Virus record (IMG/VR): IMGVR_UViG_3300048813_000107
Span: 1 to 64,000 of that record
Length of the DNA stretch: 64,000 bases
Origin: a virus
Reading direction: 5' to 3' (one strand)
Shown: positions 35,628 to 46,030 of the stretch, one piece after another
How positions within the stretch are numbered: position 1 is the first letter of the stretch
How the letters are laid out: every line of letters begins with the position of its first letter
Program-made: the position numbers and the translations under genes
The notes under the pieces: model-generated
The model's input: the letters and a program-made list of their open reading frames with translations, nothing else
Told to the model about the DNA's origin: nothing
The model's database searches: none

Positions 35628-36227
35628 TCAGGCGATTGTGATCGTCGCGGCGGTCACCTCATAGGTGCCCGCCCCGCTGAAGGCCTCCGTCGTGATCGCC
35701 AGGACGATCCCGGACCCGTCAGCGGACAGCGAGATGGCGCTACCGCCGTTTGTCGCCGAGAGCTGGAACGAGTCGCTCGACGGGGATTTGGTCCAGTAGA
35801 TGGTCCCCGCCGTGAGCCCGGTCGGCAGTGTCGTGCCCGCAGGAGCGAACACGACCACCGGCTGATTGGCGCTGTACGCCGTGCCGGGGGCCAGCAGCGT
35901 GGACGTGCTCGACGGGGCCGAGAATCCGTAGCCCGTCGCCCCGCCGAGCGGCGACATGCCCTGGAAGGTCCCGCCGGTCGCGGCAGTCCAGAAGCCCACA
36001 AAGGCCACCGTGGTGGAGGCCGGGACGTTCAGCGTGTACGGGGTCCCGGCCAGCGCCACGGCGTTGCTGCCAGGCGTGGCCCAGGTGACCGCCACGCGGG
36101 CGTAGGAACCGCCGGCCAGCTCGTTGGCACCGGATGCGCTGTAGGCGGAGTGCAGAGACGCGTACAGGGCCTCGTTGGTGGCCCACTGGCCGAGCATGTA
36201 ATCGCTGGCACTGGTGCTGAAAGGCAC
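35628..36227 (-). CDS. Minor tail protein
   Basis: YASLHSA..GANELAGGSYARVAVTW family pattern; directly after tape measure. Confidence 0.8.
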   Translation of the reverse strand: MPFSTSASDYMLGQWATNEALYASLHSAYSASGANELAGGSYARVAVTWATPGSNAVALAGTPYTLNVPASTTVAFVGFWTAATGGTFQGMSPLGGATGYGFSAPSSTSTLLAPGTAYSANQPVVVFAPAGTTLPTGLTAGTIYWTKSPSSDSFQLSATNGGSAISLSADGSGIVLAITTEAFSGAGTYEVTAATITIA

Positions 36228-36298
36228 GGCAACGCCTCCTGGTTTTATCCGGCCCGCCGCGCTGTGACCTGCGGGTTAACTAAACTGCCGAGGACTGG

Positions 36299-39200
36299 CT
36301 AGCCCGCCCGGCCCGGCCTGATTATTCCGGTCTGCCAGTTTGCCGCGCCCTTTGCCCGGAGTCCCTTTGTTACCGCGTTGACGAGATCCTGCTGCGTAGA
36401 GACGCTGCCGTTCACCGTCATGTTTATTGTGATGTGCGTGTCTCCGCCGCCCCCGCCGCCGCCTGAGCCGCTCCCGCCGCCATGCCCGCCGCCGTAGCCC
36501 GCGTAGGCCATGCCCGGGTGGTAGGCGCCTGTCATCCGGCTGCCCATCCGGCCCACCGCGGCGACAGCCTGCCCGGCCCCGGCGTCGACGCCCATCGCCA
36601 CGCCCGCGGGGACCATGGCGCCCCGCTCGGCGAACACCAGCGACGGGGACTTGATCTTGAGGTCATGCTCGATCGTCGCCACCATCGACCTGGCCATCGC
36701 CGAGATCGCCGCGTCAACCGTCCCGAGCTGGGACTCCAGGCCCTGCGCGAGACCCGCGCCCGCCTGGACCCCCGCCTGGTACATCGCCGGGCCGCCCACG
36801 CCGCCCAGCTGGGCGGCTGACGCCTGGATCTGGGATTGCAGCTTGTTGACCTGCCCGATCGCGCCCTTCCCGCCGGAGGTCAGGCCCTCAGCGACAGGCA
36901 GGCCGGACGACGCCCCGGACTGGACGATCTGGTTCAGGCTGGCCGAGTTCAGGCCCATCTTCTTCAGCTGGCCGGCCTGCTGCGCGAACTGCGCCTGGTC
37001 TGCTGCCTGCTCCTGCATCCCGGTGATGGTCGCCGAGGCGGCCAGCGGGCCGTCGCTCGCCGCGAGCGACGGGGTGTACGTGCCGGCGCTCATCACGCCG
37101 GTGCTGCTGAGCACCTGCTGGGCGATCTGCTGGGCGTCGGTGATCTCCGTCTCCAGCACGGTGCGCCGCGCCGACAGCGACTGGAGCTTCGCATTGTCAG
37201 CCGTCAGCATCCTCGTCAGCGCCGAGTCCTGCGGCTGGCTGACCTGCCCGGCGGCCAGGGCGTGGGCCACGTCGCCCTTGAGGGTGGAGATCGTGCTGAT
37301 GATCGTGGTGATGTCCTGCGGCCGGGACCCCTTGCCGGTGACGGCCTGCATGGCCGCGTCGATTGCGGAGGTGCCGCCCTGCAGGCCCTGGGTAAGGCTG
37401 GTGATGGTGGCGGCCGACAAGGTGAGCGCGGACGTCTTCACGGCGGTCGTGCCGCCGGTGATGCCCTTCGCCAGGCCGGCGGAGGTGTCCACGCCGACCG
37501 CCTCAGTGACCTTCGACGGGGAGAAGCTTTTCAGTACGCCCTTCATGGCGCCCTCGACAGCGCCTGCGACATGCTCGGCCGCGCCGACGACAGCGCCGAT
37601 CCCGGCCTCGATCCCGTGCGCGAGCCCGGCGACCGCTGACGACCCGATCGATTCCAGCTCGCCCGGCATCCGCGCCAGGGCAGCCGCCGCTTTCCCGCCG
37701 ATCGAGCCCACTTCGGATACGACCCGGCCGGCCCCGGACTCAGCCGCCGACGCCGCCCCGGACATGGCCGAGGACACCGCTGACTCCACGGCATGGAACC
37801 CGGACGACGCCGACGCGGCGGCCTTGGAGCCCGCGCCTGAAACCTCCGCCGCGATCCCCGACAGCGCCGCCCCGGCACCGGACTTCGCACTGTCGAACGC
37901 CGACTCGATCGCGTGCCCGGCCGAGGTGAACGCCCCGGTGTCCGGTGGCTTGACCTGCGCGAATTTGACGGAGTCACCCCCGCCGCCCCCGCCTACCCGC
38001 TCCATCTGCGGGGGGCCGCCGCCGCCGAACAAGCTGGCGATCGAGTGACGCGCGTCATCGAACAGGCTGCGGGGGATTCCCCCGGCGATCTGGCTTCCGG
38101 CCGACTGCGCCCGGCTGATGTCCTTGCCGATGTCGAGGCCGATGTTCGACAGCCCGAGCTTGCCGATGATCCCGCCGACAGCCCAGTCGGGGCTCATCGG
38201 GTTCGACTTCTGGACGTCCTGGCTGATCTGCCCGGCAGGGGTTCCCTTCGGGGCCAGCGAGTCGCTGTAGCCCCGGAGCATCAGCCCCGCCGTGACTCCC
38301 GCGGCAATCGGGGTCACCGCGGCGGCCAGGCCCGCGCCGTCCAGGCCGCCCTTGCTTGCCACCTTCGCGAACAGGCCCCCGGCGCCTGCACCTTCGGCAG
38401 TACCTGCAGCGTCCCCTTCGGCAGTCCGGGCGGCTCCGGCCTCGGCACCCGCCGCGCCGCCGGCGCTGCCCTCCTTGAGGGTTGCCGCCGCCTCGCTGAG
38501 GTCGGCCGCCGAACCGCTAAGGTCACCCGCCGAGCCCTTCAGGCCTGCCGCCGCGCCGTCGAGCCCTGAGCCCTGGCCGAGACCCGACAGCTTGGACAAG
38601 CCGGGAATGTTCAGCGTCTCCGCAACCTTGCCGACACTCGCCAGCGCAGTGGCCCCGGCGCTGGCGACCTTCCCCGCGACCGCGACGCCGGCCAGGACAC
38701 CCCCGGCCTCAACGAGCGGCTTGGTCAGGCCCGGATTGCTGGCGAGGAACCCGCCGACGTCCGACAATCCGTGCATGAGGCCCGTCAGGGCAGGCAGCGC
38801 CACCTGCCCGGCCTCGGTGGCCACGGCCTCAGTGGACTTGGTGAAGCTGCCGAGCTGGAAGTTCAGCGTCGACTGGACCGCGGACCAGCCCTTCACGTTG
38901 TCCCCGGCGTGCTGCGCGCTCGCTGCGACCGCGTCGACGTTCGCCTTGGCGGTCCCGGCGTGCTGCCCCGTCAGCATCAGCGCCGTCTGCAGCCCGACGG
39001 TCCCGCCGAGGATCTTCGACATCGCGGCCGAGTACACCTGCGCGTCGGGCTGGCCGGACTTCAGCGCGGCGTTGAAGCCGTGGGCGGCGTTCGCCGTCGT
39101 GGCGAACTGCGAGAGCAGGTTCTTCTGGCCGGCCGATTCGGACCCGGAGAAAACCTCAGCGTTGTACTGCTTCGCCGAGATAGTCCCGTCCAGGTAGGAC

Positions 39201-40786
39201 TGCGCGACCTTCGAGATCGCGGGCGGCATCGCCTTCATCATCGTCGTGGCGTCCTGAGCCGCCGACGCGCTCTGGTTGAACGTCTTGAGCATCACCAGGC
39301 CGCTGGGCCCCATGGACTTCATGACCGCCGTCTGGATCTCATCCAGGGTGCCGGTGATCCCGGTCTTGCCGAGGTTCTTGGCGATGCCGACCGGGTTCAG
39401 GCCGAGCTGCTGCATCTCCCCGGTCTGCACCGTGTTCGGGTTCTGCAGCGACCCGATGGTGTGCCGGAGGTTCTGGGCGGCCCAGTCCGGGCTCATGCCC
39501 ATGCTGGTCATCGTGGCCAGTGCCCCGGCGACCTGCGGAAACGAGACGTGAGCGGCGGAGGCGACCGGCAGGACGGCAGGCAGTGCCCCGACCGCCCCGG
39601 CCATCGTCATCTTGCCCTGGCCGACCATCGTGATGATCTCGTTCATGTCCGACATGGCGGTCTGCGAGGTCGTCTTGCCCTTCTGGGGGCCGTACGCGTT
39701 CATCAGCGACGTGAGCGCGTTGCCGACCTCGGACAGCGGGGCGCCCTCAGCCTGCGCGCCCTGCGCCGCGGCCTTCAGCACGCCGAGGCCGGCCTGACCG
39801 TGGAACCCGGCCGAGTTGATCATGTACGCGCCCTGCGCCAGCTGGGACTGCGACGTGTTGGTCTCACCCGACAGCTTCAGGATCCCCGCCGAGTCCATCG
39901 GGAGGCTGGCCTGACTCTCCCCGGCGCTGGTGTACAGCCGGGTCACCTGCGTCTGGAGCTGGGCCGCCTTGTCGACGCCGTACGCCAGCGCGGCCGCGCC
40001 GCCGAGCGCCAGCAGGTGGTACTTCGTCGCGCTGGCCTCGGCTGCGCTCGCGTCGTCAGCGGCCTGCTGGGCGGCGACCTTCCTCGCCGCCTGCTGCTGC
40101 GCCACCGCCGCGTCCTGCTCGACGCTCGAGGTGGCCAGGGAAGGTGCGGCCACGGCCATCGCCGCGTCACCCTTCGCCAGCGACAGCGAGCTATCCGCCG
40201 ACCCCGCCGCGATCTTGTCCTGCATGGCGGAGGTCTCGGCGATGGTTGCGCTGATCTCCGCCCGGAGCGCCGCCACCTGCGCGGCAGCCTCGTCCGAGGA
40301 GGTCCCGATGCCCTTGATGCCGTCGCCGACCGCGCCGAGCCCGGCGCCCTCCTCGGCTACGCCGCCGAGCGCATCACCGAGCTTGCCGACTTCGCCGGCC
40401 GCGCCCGCAGCCCCTTCGCCGAGGTCATCGAGCTTGCCGCCGCTCCCGGCGATCTTGTCCATGCTCGCCGAGATGTCCGCCGCCGCGGTGTCGTACTTAG
40501 CGACGAGATCATCCAGCCCGGCCCCGCCTGCCAGCGCCCCGGCGTCACCGAGGCTCGCGATCTCGTCGCGGATCTTGCCGATGCTCCCCGACACCTTCGC
40601 CGCGGCATCGTTCCAGGCAGCGGCGATGTCGCCAGCCCCGGCCCCGTCAGCCGCCCCGCCTCCGAGGGAGGCCAGCTCGTCCTTGAGCTTGCCGACAGAC
40701 TCTGAAGCCTTGTCGAAGGCGCCAGCCAGGTCGTCGACGGCGCCGAGGCCGGCGACATCGACGGTGATGGTCTCTTCGATCGCCAC
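36299..40786 (-). CDS. Tape measure protein
   Basis: 1495 aa, Ala/Gly rich, TP901-type core, IKSPSLVF motif. Confidence 0.93.
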   Translation of the reverse strand: MAIEETITVDVAGLGAVDDLAGAFDKASESVGKLKDELASLGGGAADGAGAGDIAAAWNDAAAKVSGSIGKIRDEIASLGDAGALAGGAGLDDLVAKYDTAAADISASMDKIAGSGGKLDDLGEGAAGAAGEVGKLGDALGGVAEEGAGLGAVGDGIKGIGTSSDEAAAQVAALRAEISATIAETSAMQDKIAAGSADSSLSLAKGDAAMAVAAPSLATSSVEQDAAVAQQQAARKVAAQQAADDASAAEASATKYHLLALGGAAALAYGVDKAAQLQTQVTRLYTSAGESQASLPMDSAGILKLSGETNTSQSQLAQGAYMINSAGFHGQAGLGVLKAAAQGAQAEGAPLSEVGNALTSLMNAYGPQKGKTTSQTAMSDMNEIITMVGQGKMTMAGAVGALPAVLPVASAAHVSFPQVAGALATMTSMGMSPDWAAQNLRHTIGSLQNPNTVQTGEMQQLGLNPVGIAKNLGKTGITGTLDEIQTAVMKSMGPSGLVMLKTFNQSASAAQDATTMMKAMPPAISKVAQSYLDGTISAKQYNAEVFSGSESAGQKNLLSQFATTANAAHGFNAALKSGQPDAQVYSAAMSKILGGTVGLQTALMLTGQHAGTAKANVDAVAASAQHAGDNVKGWSAVQSTLNFQLGSFTKSTEAVATEAGQVALPALTGLMHGLSDVGGFLASNPGLTKPLVEAGGVLAGVAVAGKVASAGATALASVGKVAETLNIPGLSKLSGLGQGSGLDGAAAGLKGSAGDLSGSAADLSEAAATLKEGSAGGAAGAEAGAARTAEGDAAGTAEGAGAGGLFAKVASKGGLDGAGLAAAVTPIAAGVTAGLMLRGYSDSLAPKGTPAGQISQDVQKSNPMSPDWAVGGIIGKLGLSNIGLDIGKDISRAQSAGSQIAGGIPRSLFDDARHSIASLFGGGGPPQMERVGGGGGGDSVKFAQVKPPDTGAFTSAGHAIESAFDSAKSGAGAALSGIAAEVSGAGSKAAASASSGFHAVESAVSSAMSGAASAAESGAGRVVSEVGSIGGKAAAALARMPGELESIGSSAVAGLAHGIEAGIGAVVGAAEHVAGAVEGAMKGVLKSFSPSKVTEAVGVDTSAGLAKGITGGTTAVKTSALTLSAATITSLTQGLQGGTSAIDAAMQAVTGKGSRPQDITTIISTISTLKGDVAHALAAGQVSQPQDSALTRMLTADNAKLQSLSARRTVLETEITDAQQIAQQVLSSTGVMSAGTYTPSLAASDGPLAASATITGMQEQAADQAQFAQQAGQLKKMGLNSASLNQIVQSGASSGLPVAEGLTSGGKGAIGQVNKLQSQIQASAAQLGGVGGPAMYQAGVQAGAGLAQGLESQLGTVDAAISAMARSMVATIEHDLKIKSPSLVFAERGAMVPAGVAMGVDAGAGQAVAAVGRMGSRMTGAYHPGMAYAGYGGGHGGGSGSGGGGGGGDTHITINMTVNGSVSTQQDLVNAVTKGLRAKGAANWQTGIIRPGRAG

Positions 40787-40847
40787 GGCGACTCACCCCC
40801 CGTGCGCGAGAAAGAAGCAGCGGCGAGAGGGACGGGAGAGGTGCAGG

Positions 40848-41273
40848 TCAGAGCGTCAGGTACTCGGCCAGGATGATCTGCATTGCCGCGGGCATCGTCC
40901 CCCGGACCTCATCCTCCGCGCGCTCCATGTAATGACTGCCGGCCTGGGTAACCGACCCGCCGGGCCGGCTGAATACCTGCCCGGTCGCCGCGTTCCGCAA
41001 GGGCCACGGACCCTTCGCGGTGATCGTCCCGCCGTCGTTGCGGAACCGGCCGTAGATGATGTGCGGCGCTACGACCGCGGTCGCATGGGTCCCGGAGCCG
41101 AACACCGCGTCGACGTGCTCCGAGCGCCGCAGTGCCCCGGACAGGACCGGGGTCGTGACGTCGAGACCGGCGAGGTACTCCTTCGACCCCGCCTTCGCGC
41201 AGTCCAGGGCAAGGGACTCCTCGCAGTGCTCCGCCATCTCGCGGTATGCCGTCGCTGCTTCGGAGAGGTTCAC
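40848..41273 (-). CDS. HK97 gp10-like neck/tail-completion protein
   Basis: TPVLSGALRRS..IYGRFRNDGG..HYMERA. Confidence 0.7.
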   Translation of the reverse strand: MNLSEAATAYREMAEHCEESLALDCAKAGSKEYLAGLDVTTPVLSGALRRSEHVDAVFGSGTHATAVVAPHIIYGRFRNDGGTITAKGPWPLRNAATGQVFSRPGGSVTQAGSHYMERAEDEVRGTMPAAMQIILAEYLTL

Positions 41274-41382
41274 CGGCCGCCCCCGTTCTGGATCGCCCTC
41301 AGCGTGTAGGCCACCGCATCGAGGACCCCGGCAACAGGGATGGGGATGTCATCGGGGGTGGCGGGGTGGATCCACCCTTCGG

Positions 41383-41886
41383 CTATCCAGCGGGCGTGGC
41401 GGATGGTGCGGGGGCTGAGGCCTCCGGGGGGGCGGCGGCACTGGCCGAGGAGGTACTGCCTGAGGTGGGGGCCGAAGGCTGGGTCTCTTTTGGGACATTT
41501 CCGTTGAGGATTTCAAAATACGGATCCAGGGCCTTCAGCAGCGCGTTCCACACGACCAGGCCGCCTGCGGTGGCGAGGCGATTCCGCGACCCGGCGTCCC
41601 ACGGGAGAATGCCAGGGAATGAGATGCCCTGCACGATCCACTGGCATACCAGGTCGTGAACGGGCTTAAGGTCCCGCCGCAGCAGCCTGACCGAGGGGGG
41701 CGGAGCGTCCGGGTCGGGTACCGCCCCCGGGTACGCAGCCGCCGCAACGGCTATCGCGGCCTTCTCCTTGGCGTCGATGATCTCCAGGCGAAGATCCTGG
41801 TAATCGTCCTGCTGACTCGGCTGGAGCGTCGCGGGGTTCTTGATGTCCGCCAGATCGACCCATCCGCCGGGCAGGGGAATCTGCAT
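41383..41886 (-). CDS. Tail assembly chaperone; -1 frameshift extends product to 41270
   Basis: After tail tube; slippery C CCA AAA; -1 frame open to TGA 41270. Confidence 0.8.
   Translation of the reverse strand: MQIPLPGGWVDLADIKNPATLQPSQQDDYQDLRLEIIDAKEKAAIAVAAAAYPGAVPDPDAPPPSVRLLRRDLKPVHDLVCQWIVQGISFPGILPWDAGSRNRLATAGGLVVWNALLKALDPYFEILNGNVPKETQPSAPTSGSTSSASAAAPPEASAPAPSATPAG
41488..41494 (-). other. Programmed -1 frameshift heptamer CCCAAAA
   Basis: X XXY YYZ in correct phase (GTC CCA AAA GAG). Confidence 0.8.
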
Positions 41887-41945
41887 TGTGCTCGCTTTCG
41901 TGTTCGGGTAAGCGCCGCAGGGTACGTAAAGTAGCGTAGAGGTGA

Positions 41946-43211
41946 CTACGCGTAAGTTGGTAGTGCGTTTTGCAACGTTATGGAGCAGGGGGATCGGCCT
42001 CCGGAGTTACCACTGTTAGTTACGTTCGAAACGAAATCTCCCGAAACATCGAAGCCAAAAAATTCGTCCCCCGACAGCGGCGCCGTCTTGTACGCGGCCT
42101 GGTTAGCAGCCAGCGCGAACGACCACAGGCCCGTTCCGCTGCCGCCATTGCCGATTGACCACGCCAGGGTCGGCTGCGCGTTCGTCAGCATGTTCGTCAG
42201 CGCGCTCTCATCCAAAGCCGGGTCGTACGTGAGCTTGAACGAGCAGTCGAAGTTGCCCCTGCCGATCAGGTAGGGCTGCTGGTACCCGTCGCCCGTGTTC
42301 TTCGGCGTGACCTTGCGGGTCAGGGTGGCTGACCACACCGTGATGTCGTCCAGGAGCGTGGATGCGACCGTGGTCGTGCTCTTCCAGCCCGGGATCATGC
42401 GGACAGCGCTGAAGCCCGGCACCGGGATAAACGACGGGTAGGCCTTGGCGTAGCTCGTCACCTTGCCCGACCAGGTGAGGATCCCCGACGCCTTGGCGTT
42501 GATGGTGATCTCGCTCATGCACCCGTACGGGAACAGCCACGCGTAGTTGTTGCCCGCGCCGGGGATGTTGTTGCGGTGGATGAGCGAATGGGTCGGCCCC
42601 TGCCCGGTGACGACCCCCGTGCTGCCGTAGGGGTTGAGCAGGGAGAACGTGTGGCTGAAGGGTGCGATGACCGTCACCACGGCGATGGTGGTCAGGTGGG
42701 AGAAGCGCAGCGGCGTCGTCGCGTCCAGCACGATGGAAGTCGCCGTCGACCCGGTGCCGACCTTCACGACCTCCGCGTTGACGCCGGTGTCAACCTGGAT
42801 GAGCGTCCCGGCCACGGCGGAGGTCGCGGACGTGACCGCGACCGGCCCCGCCCCGGCCGTCAGCGCCCCCGATGTCGTCCACGTCGGCGTGCTCGCGGTC
42901 CCGGTCTCCACGAGATCGGACATCAGGTTATACAAAAAATGGCCGAACGTATCGCAGTAGAGGGGGCTCTCGGCGATGTCGGACTCAGCCCACAGGGGTC
43001 CCTGCTGCACGTCGTGAGTTTTGGTGAAGTCGCCCCACATGCTGCCGTCTTCTACCCACGTGACCTTGTTGTCCGGCTTGAAGTCCACGATCGGCGCGCT
43101 GGCAAAGGCGGCCTGGGCGGGAGTGACCCCGAATCCGCCCGATTCCAGGCCGATCTGCAGGAGCTGCGTGCACTTCGGGTACACGCCAACCGGGGGCGAG
43201 GGGGCAGCCAT
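41946..43211 (-). CDS. Major tail (tube) protein
   Basis: LQIGLES.GFG, HTFSL, GCMSEITI; position before chaperone. Confidence 0.85.
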   Translation of the reverse strand: MAAPSPPVGVYPKCTQLLQIGLESGGFGVTPAQAAFASAPIVDFKPDNKVTWVEDGSMWGDFTKTHDVQQGPLWAESDIAESPLYCDTFGHFLYNLMSDLVETGTASTPTWTTSGALTAGAGPVAVTSATSAVAGTLIQVDTGVNAEVVKVGTGSTATSIVLDATTPLRFSHLTTIAVVTVIAPFSHTFSLLNPYGSTGVVTGQGPTHSLIHRNNIPGAGNNYAWLFPYGCMSEITINAKASGILTWSGKVTSYAKAYPSFIPVPGFSAVRMIPGWKSTTTVASTLLDDITVWSATLTRKVTPKNTGDGYQQPYLIGRGNFDCSFKLTYDPALDESALTNMLTNAQPTLAWSIGNGGSGTGLWSFALAANQAAYKTAPLSGDEFFGFDVSGDFVSNVTNSGNSGGRSPCSITLQNALPTYA

Positions 43212-43213
43212 CT

Positions 43214-43552
43214 CTAGTTCTCCTCGCTGCCGGGCTGGCCGGCGGGGGTCGGGGCGGTAGCGGGCATGACGGCGGGAGGTGCGGGGACGGGACCGGCGGC
43301 CACAGGACCGGGCGCCGCGGGCTGCTCTTCGGCCGCCTCAGGCTCCGCCTCGGCCCTGTCCGCGGCTTCCTCCGCTTCCAGGGCTGCGGCCCTGGCCCGG
43401 TCCTCGCCGGTGACGGGGCGCCACTGGCGGTCGGGGGCCTCGTCCAGGTCCCGGATGTCACCCGGCTTCACCTCGCTGAGGAGGATGCCCCTGGCGTCCC
43501 TGGTGGCGGGGTAATACCAGGGGGTAGAACCGGTGTAGATCAGTTCAGGCAC
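43214..43552 (-). CDS. Hypothetical virion-associated protein
   Basis: GGAGG RBS before GTG 43552. Confidence 0.7.
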   Translation of the reverse strand: MPELIYTGSTPWYYPATRDARGILLSEVKPGDIRDLDEAPDRQWRPVTGEDRARAAALEAEEAADRAEAEPEAAEEQPAAPGPVAAGPVPAPPAVMPATAPTPAGQPGSEEN

Positions 43553-43606
43553 GGGACGGCCTCCAGGGAGCGCAGCGAGGAAGAGGGGCGTGGGACGATG
43601 GCGGCC

Positions 43607-44032
43607 ATGAGCAGCACGAAGGGGGCAGCGGCGTGGCCTGAGGGGACGCTGCCCGCGATCCTCGAGCCCTGGATACGGGTCACCATCACCGGTCCGGCGA
43701 TGGGATGGGGCGGGCAGGTGATCCAGGTCGCCGGGTACGTCAAGGGGCCGGAGACCGTAGGCGACACCGGCGCGGACATCGACGCGCTGGTCGGCCGCAG
43801 CCATCAGCGGTTCACCGACGGGCTGGCCCGGGCCACCCGGGAGACGATGTACCGGCAGGCCGAGGAGGCGATCGAGGCCGCGCTAGAGGCCGGGTGGGTC
43901 CTCGCCGGGCACCCGGAGATCAGGGTCGGCGGCACGGTCAACCGCGACCGCGACACGGGCGTTGATGTCCCGATGGCCGAGGTGGGCGTCGCGCTGCACT
44001 TCCGCGCGCCTAGCCCGCCGGATCAGGAATAA
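43607..44032 (+). CDS. Antisense inserted gene, hypothetical
   Basis: GACGAT-7nt-ATG. Confidence 0.65.
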   Translation: MSSTKGAAAWPEGTLPAILEPWIRVTITGPAMGWGGQVIQVAGYVKGPETVGDTGADIDALVGRSHQRFTDGLARATRETMYRQAEEAIEAALEAGWVLAGHPEIRVGGTVNRDRDTGVDVPMAEVGVALHFRAPSPPDQE

Positions 44033-44041
44033 TCGCTTCCC

Positions 44042-44539
44042 ATGACGACCCCTCAGCCTGAGCCCGCCCGCGGCAATGACGGCTCCTCCGCCCCTGACGG
44101 CTTCCTCTCCGGCATCCCGCAGCAGATCGGCCAGGCGGTGGCCGCTGCCGTCGCGCAGGTCCTGCAGCAGGTCCCCATGCGCGTTCAGCAGCTCAAGTGC
44201 GCGACATGCGTCCTGGCCCGGGCCCAGTGGGCAGCAGCCCACGCTGCCGACATCAAGGCCGCCGGGGAGCGGATGGCGGAGGCGCTGGCAGCTTTCCCGC
44301 CGGATCACCCGATCCGCCAGCAGGCGGACCTCGTGGCGTTCCTGCCGCCGCACCTGCACCCCGGGGCGGGCCCGGAGTCGATGCCGCCCGTCCAGGACGG
44401 GGCCGTGATGACCGCGGGGACGATCGTGTGCCCCGCGCACATCCCCGGCATACCGCAGGCGGGCGGGGGGCGCAGGGAGTTCCTGATCGCCAACGGGTCC
44501 CTGTCCGCGACGATGCTCGCGGAGATGGCCAGGCGCTAA
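44042..44539 (+). CDS. Antisense inserted gene with CxxC/CxxH
   Basis: AATAAT-8nt-ATG; CATC, CPAH. Confidence 0.7.
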   Translation: MTTPQPEPARGNDGSSAPDGFLSGIPQQIGQAVAAAVAQVLQQVPMRVQQLKCATCVLARAQWAAAHAADIKAAGERMAEALAAFPPDHPIRQQADLVAFLPPHLHPGAGPESMPPVQDGAVMTAGTIVCPAHIPGIPQAGGGRREFLIANGSLSATMLAEMARR

Positions 44540-45051
44540 GCCTGGATAGTCTCGGTGACCAGCAGCCTGAGCAGCGAGTCGTAGCGCAGGTACGCCTGAT
44601 CCTCCAGCGCGGCGACGAAGATCTTGCCGCGCATCACCTCGCCGAGGTTCGAGATCTGCGTTTCCTCGCCCGTCCACGGGTCGATGACGTCCGCCGGCAT
44701 CGGGTAGGCGAACCGGAACGCTTTCATCGCTGCGTCGACGATGCCGGGGAACAGCGAGTCGGCGTCTTCCTCGTCGTCGGCTTCCATGTGGATGATGAAC
44801 ACGTCGATCGAGTGCCGGAGCACCTTGAAGCCGGCGGAGGTGTCAGGACCCTGGTTGCGGGACATCGACCCGCCGTTCTTCAGGTCCCGCGCCTCGCTGA
44901 TCTCCGTGGGCCACACGTAGGAGGTCGGGATGTCCGTCTCGGTGTTCGGGTCCGGGGCGTTGATGTAGGCCGCCATGTCCGGCACGCTGCCGGGCATCGG
45001 GAGGCTGACCAGAAGACCCTTGACGTATGCGAGGCACGAGGCGATGGGCAC
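44536..45051 (-). CDS. Putative tail terminator
   Basis: Size and position between adaptor and tail tube. Confidence 0.65.
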   Translation of the reverse strand: MPIASCLAYVKGLLVSLPMPGSVPDMAAYINAPDPNTETDIPTSYVWPTEISEARDLKNGGSMSRNQGPDTSAGFKVLRHSIDVFIIHMEADDEEDADSLFPGIVDAAMKAFRFAYPMPADVIDPWTGEETQISNLGEVMRGKIFVAALEDQAYLRYDSLLRLLVTETIQA

Positions 45052-45064
45052 CGCTCACCCCCCG

Positions 45065-46030
45065 CTAGATAACCCGGTCGAACGTGCCGACGAGCAGCGC
45101 CTTCGCGTCCTTCTTGAAGTCCGCGATCCGGCTGGTACCCGATGCCCCCGTGGCGGGGACCTGCCGGGTCGTGGTGCTCGTCGCGCCCCGGGTCAGTGCC
45201 TGCGCGGCGCCGAACAGGATCGCGGCCTGCACCACGGTCTGAGGCAGCGTGGAAACCATCACCCCGGCCGCGTGCTCGTAGGTGAGCGGGGTGGCCAGGG
45301 TCAGCGTCCCCGGCCCCTGGCTGGCGGACGCCGCAGTGACCTGGATGACCTCCTGGGCTGCGGCGTCGTACGCGGTGCCGGTCGCCCCCGTCGCCCCGTT
45401 CAGCGCCGCCGCGATGACCCACCCGGCGCAGTCATCGACCTGGATCGTCTGCACGGCGGGCGAGACGGCCGGGGTAGCGATCGCGGTCAGCCCCGCGTGC
45501 GGCCAGCCGTTGACGTACTGCACCTGGACGGCCAGGCCGTTGCGCCCGTAACGCCCGTTGACGTACTCGCTGGAGACGAGGATGCCCTGCCCGCCCTCGC
45601 CCGCCGCCGGGGGGGCCGTGGAGCCATACAGCCCCGCCGGGGGGTACTGCACCTGGTACAGGCCGGCGGGGACGGTCGTCCACACGTACGGGAGCCGGTT
45701 CTGCGCCACCTGGACGGAGACGACCTCGAGCACCGGGCAGCGGGTCATGATCAGCGTGGCGTCACCGCACCCGCCCCGCGGGGCGCCGACCCGGGCACCG
45801 GGCCCGTACAGGATCAGCGTGTCGATGGTGGCCCGCAGCGGCTGATGGCATACGCCATCGACCATCGCCGTGGACCGGGCGCAGATATTCGACTGCTCGG
45901 CGAGACGCTGCTCCGGGCTGACATTGCTGCCGGCAGGGATCGATGACCAGCTCACACCGGTGCTCGCCTGGGTCAATAGCTCCGGGGTGCAGTACGGAGT
46001 GAGGCCCGCCACGGGCAGGGGGGTAGTCAC
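45065..46030 (-). CDS. Head-tail adaptor
   Basis: PYCTPELL, VDGVC, VQYVNGW, LPQTVVQAAIL. Confidence 0.75.
   Translation of the reverse strand: MTTPLPVAGLTPYCTPELLTQASTGVSWSSIPAGSNVSPEQRLAEQSNICARSTAMVDGVCHQPLRATIDTLILYGPGARVGAPRGGCGDATLIMTRCPVLEVVSVQVAQNRLPYVWTTVPAGLYQVQYPPAGLYGSTAPPAAGEGGQGILVSSEYVNGRYGRNGLAVQVQYVNGWPHAGLTAIATPAVSPAVQTIQVDDCAGWVIAAALNGATGATGTAYDAAAQEVIQVTAASASQGPGTLTLATPLTYEHAAGVMVSTLPQTVVQAAILFGAAQALTRGATSTTTRQVPATGASGTSRIADFKKDAKALLVGTFDRVI

Noticed and set aside
36615-41309. Long + strand ORFs opposite the tape measure gene, and similar ones opposite helicase, PhoD, scaffold and terminase
   Set aside because: Shadow ORFs expected from high GC3 codon bias; no motifs or start signals
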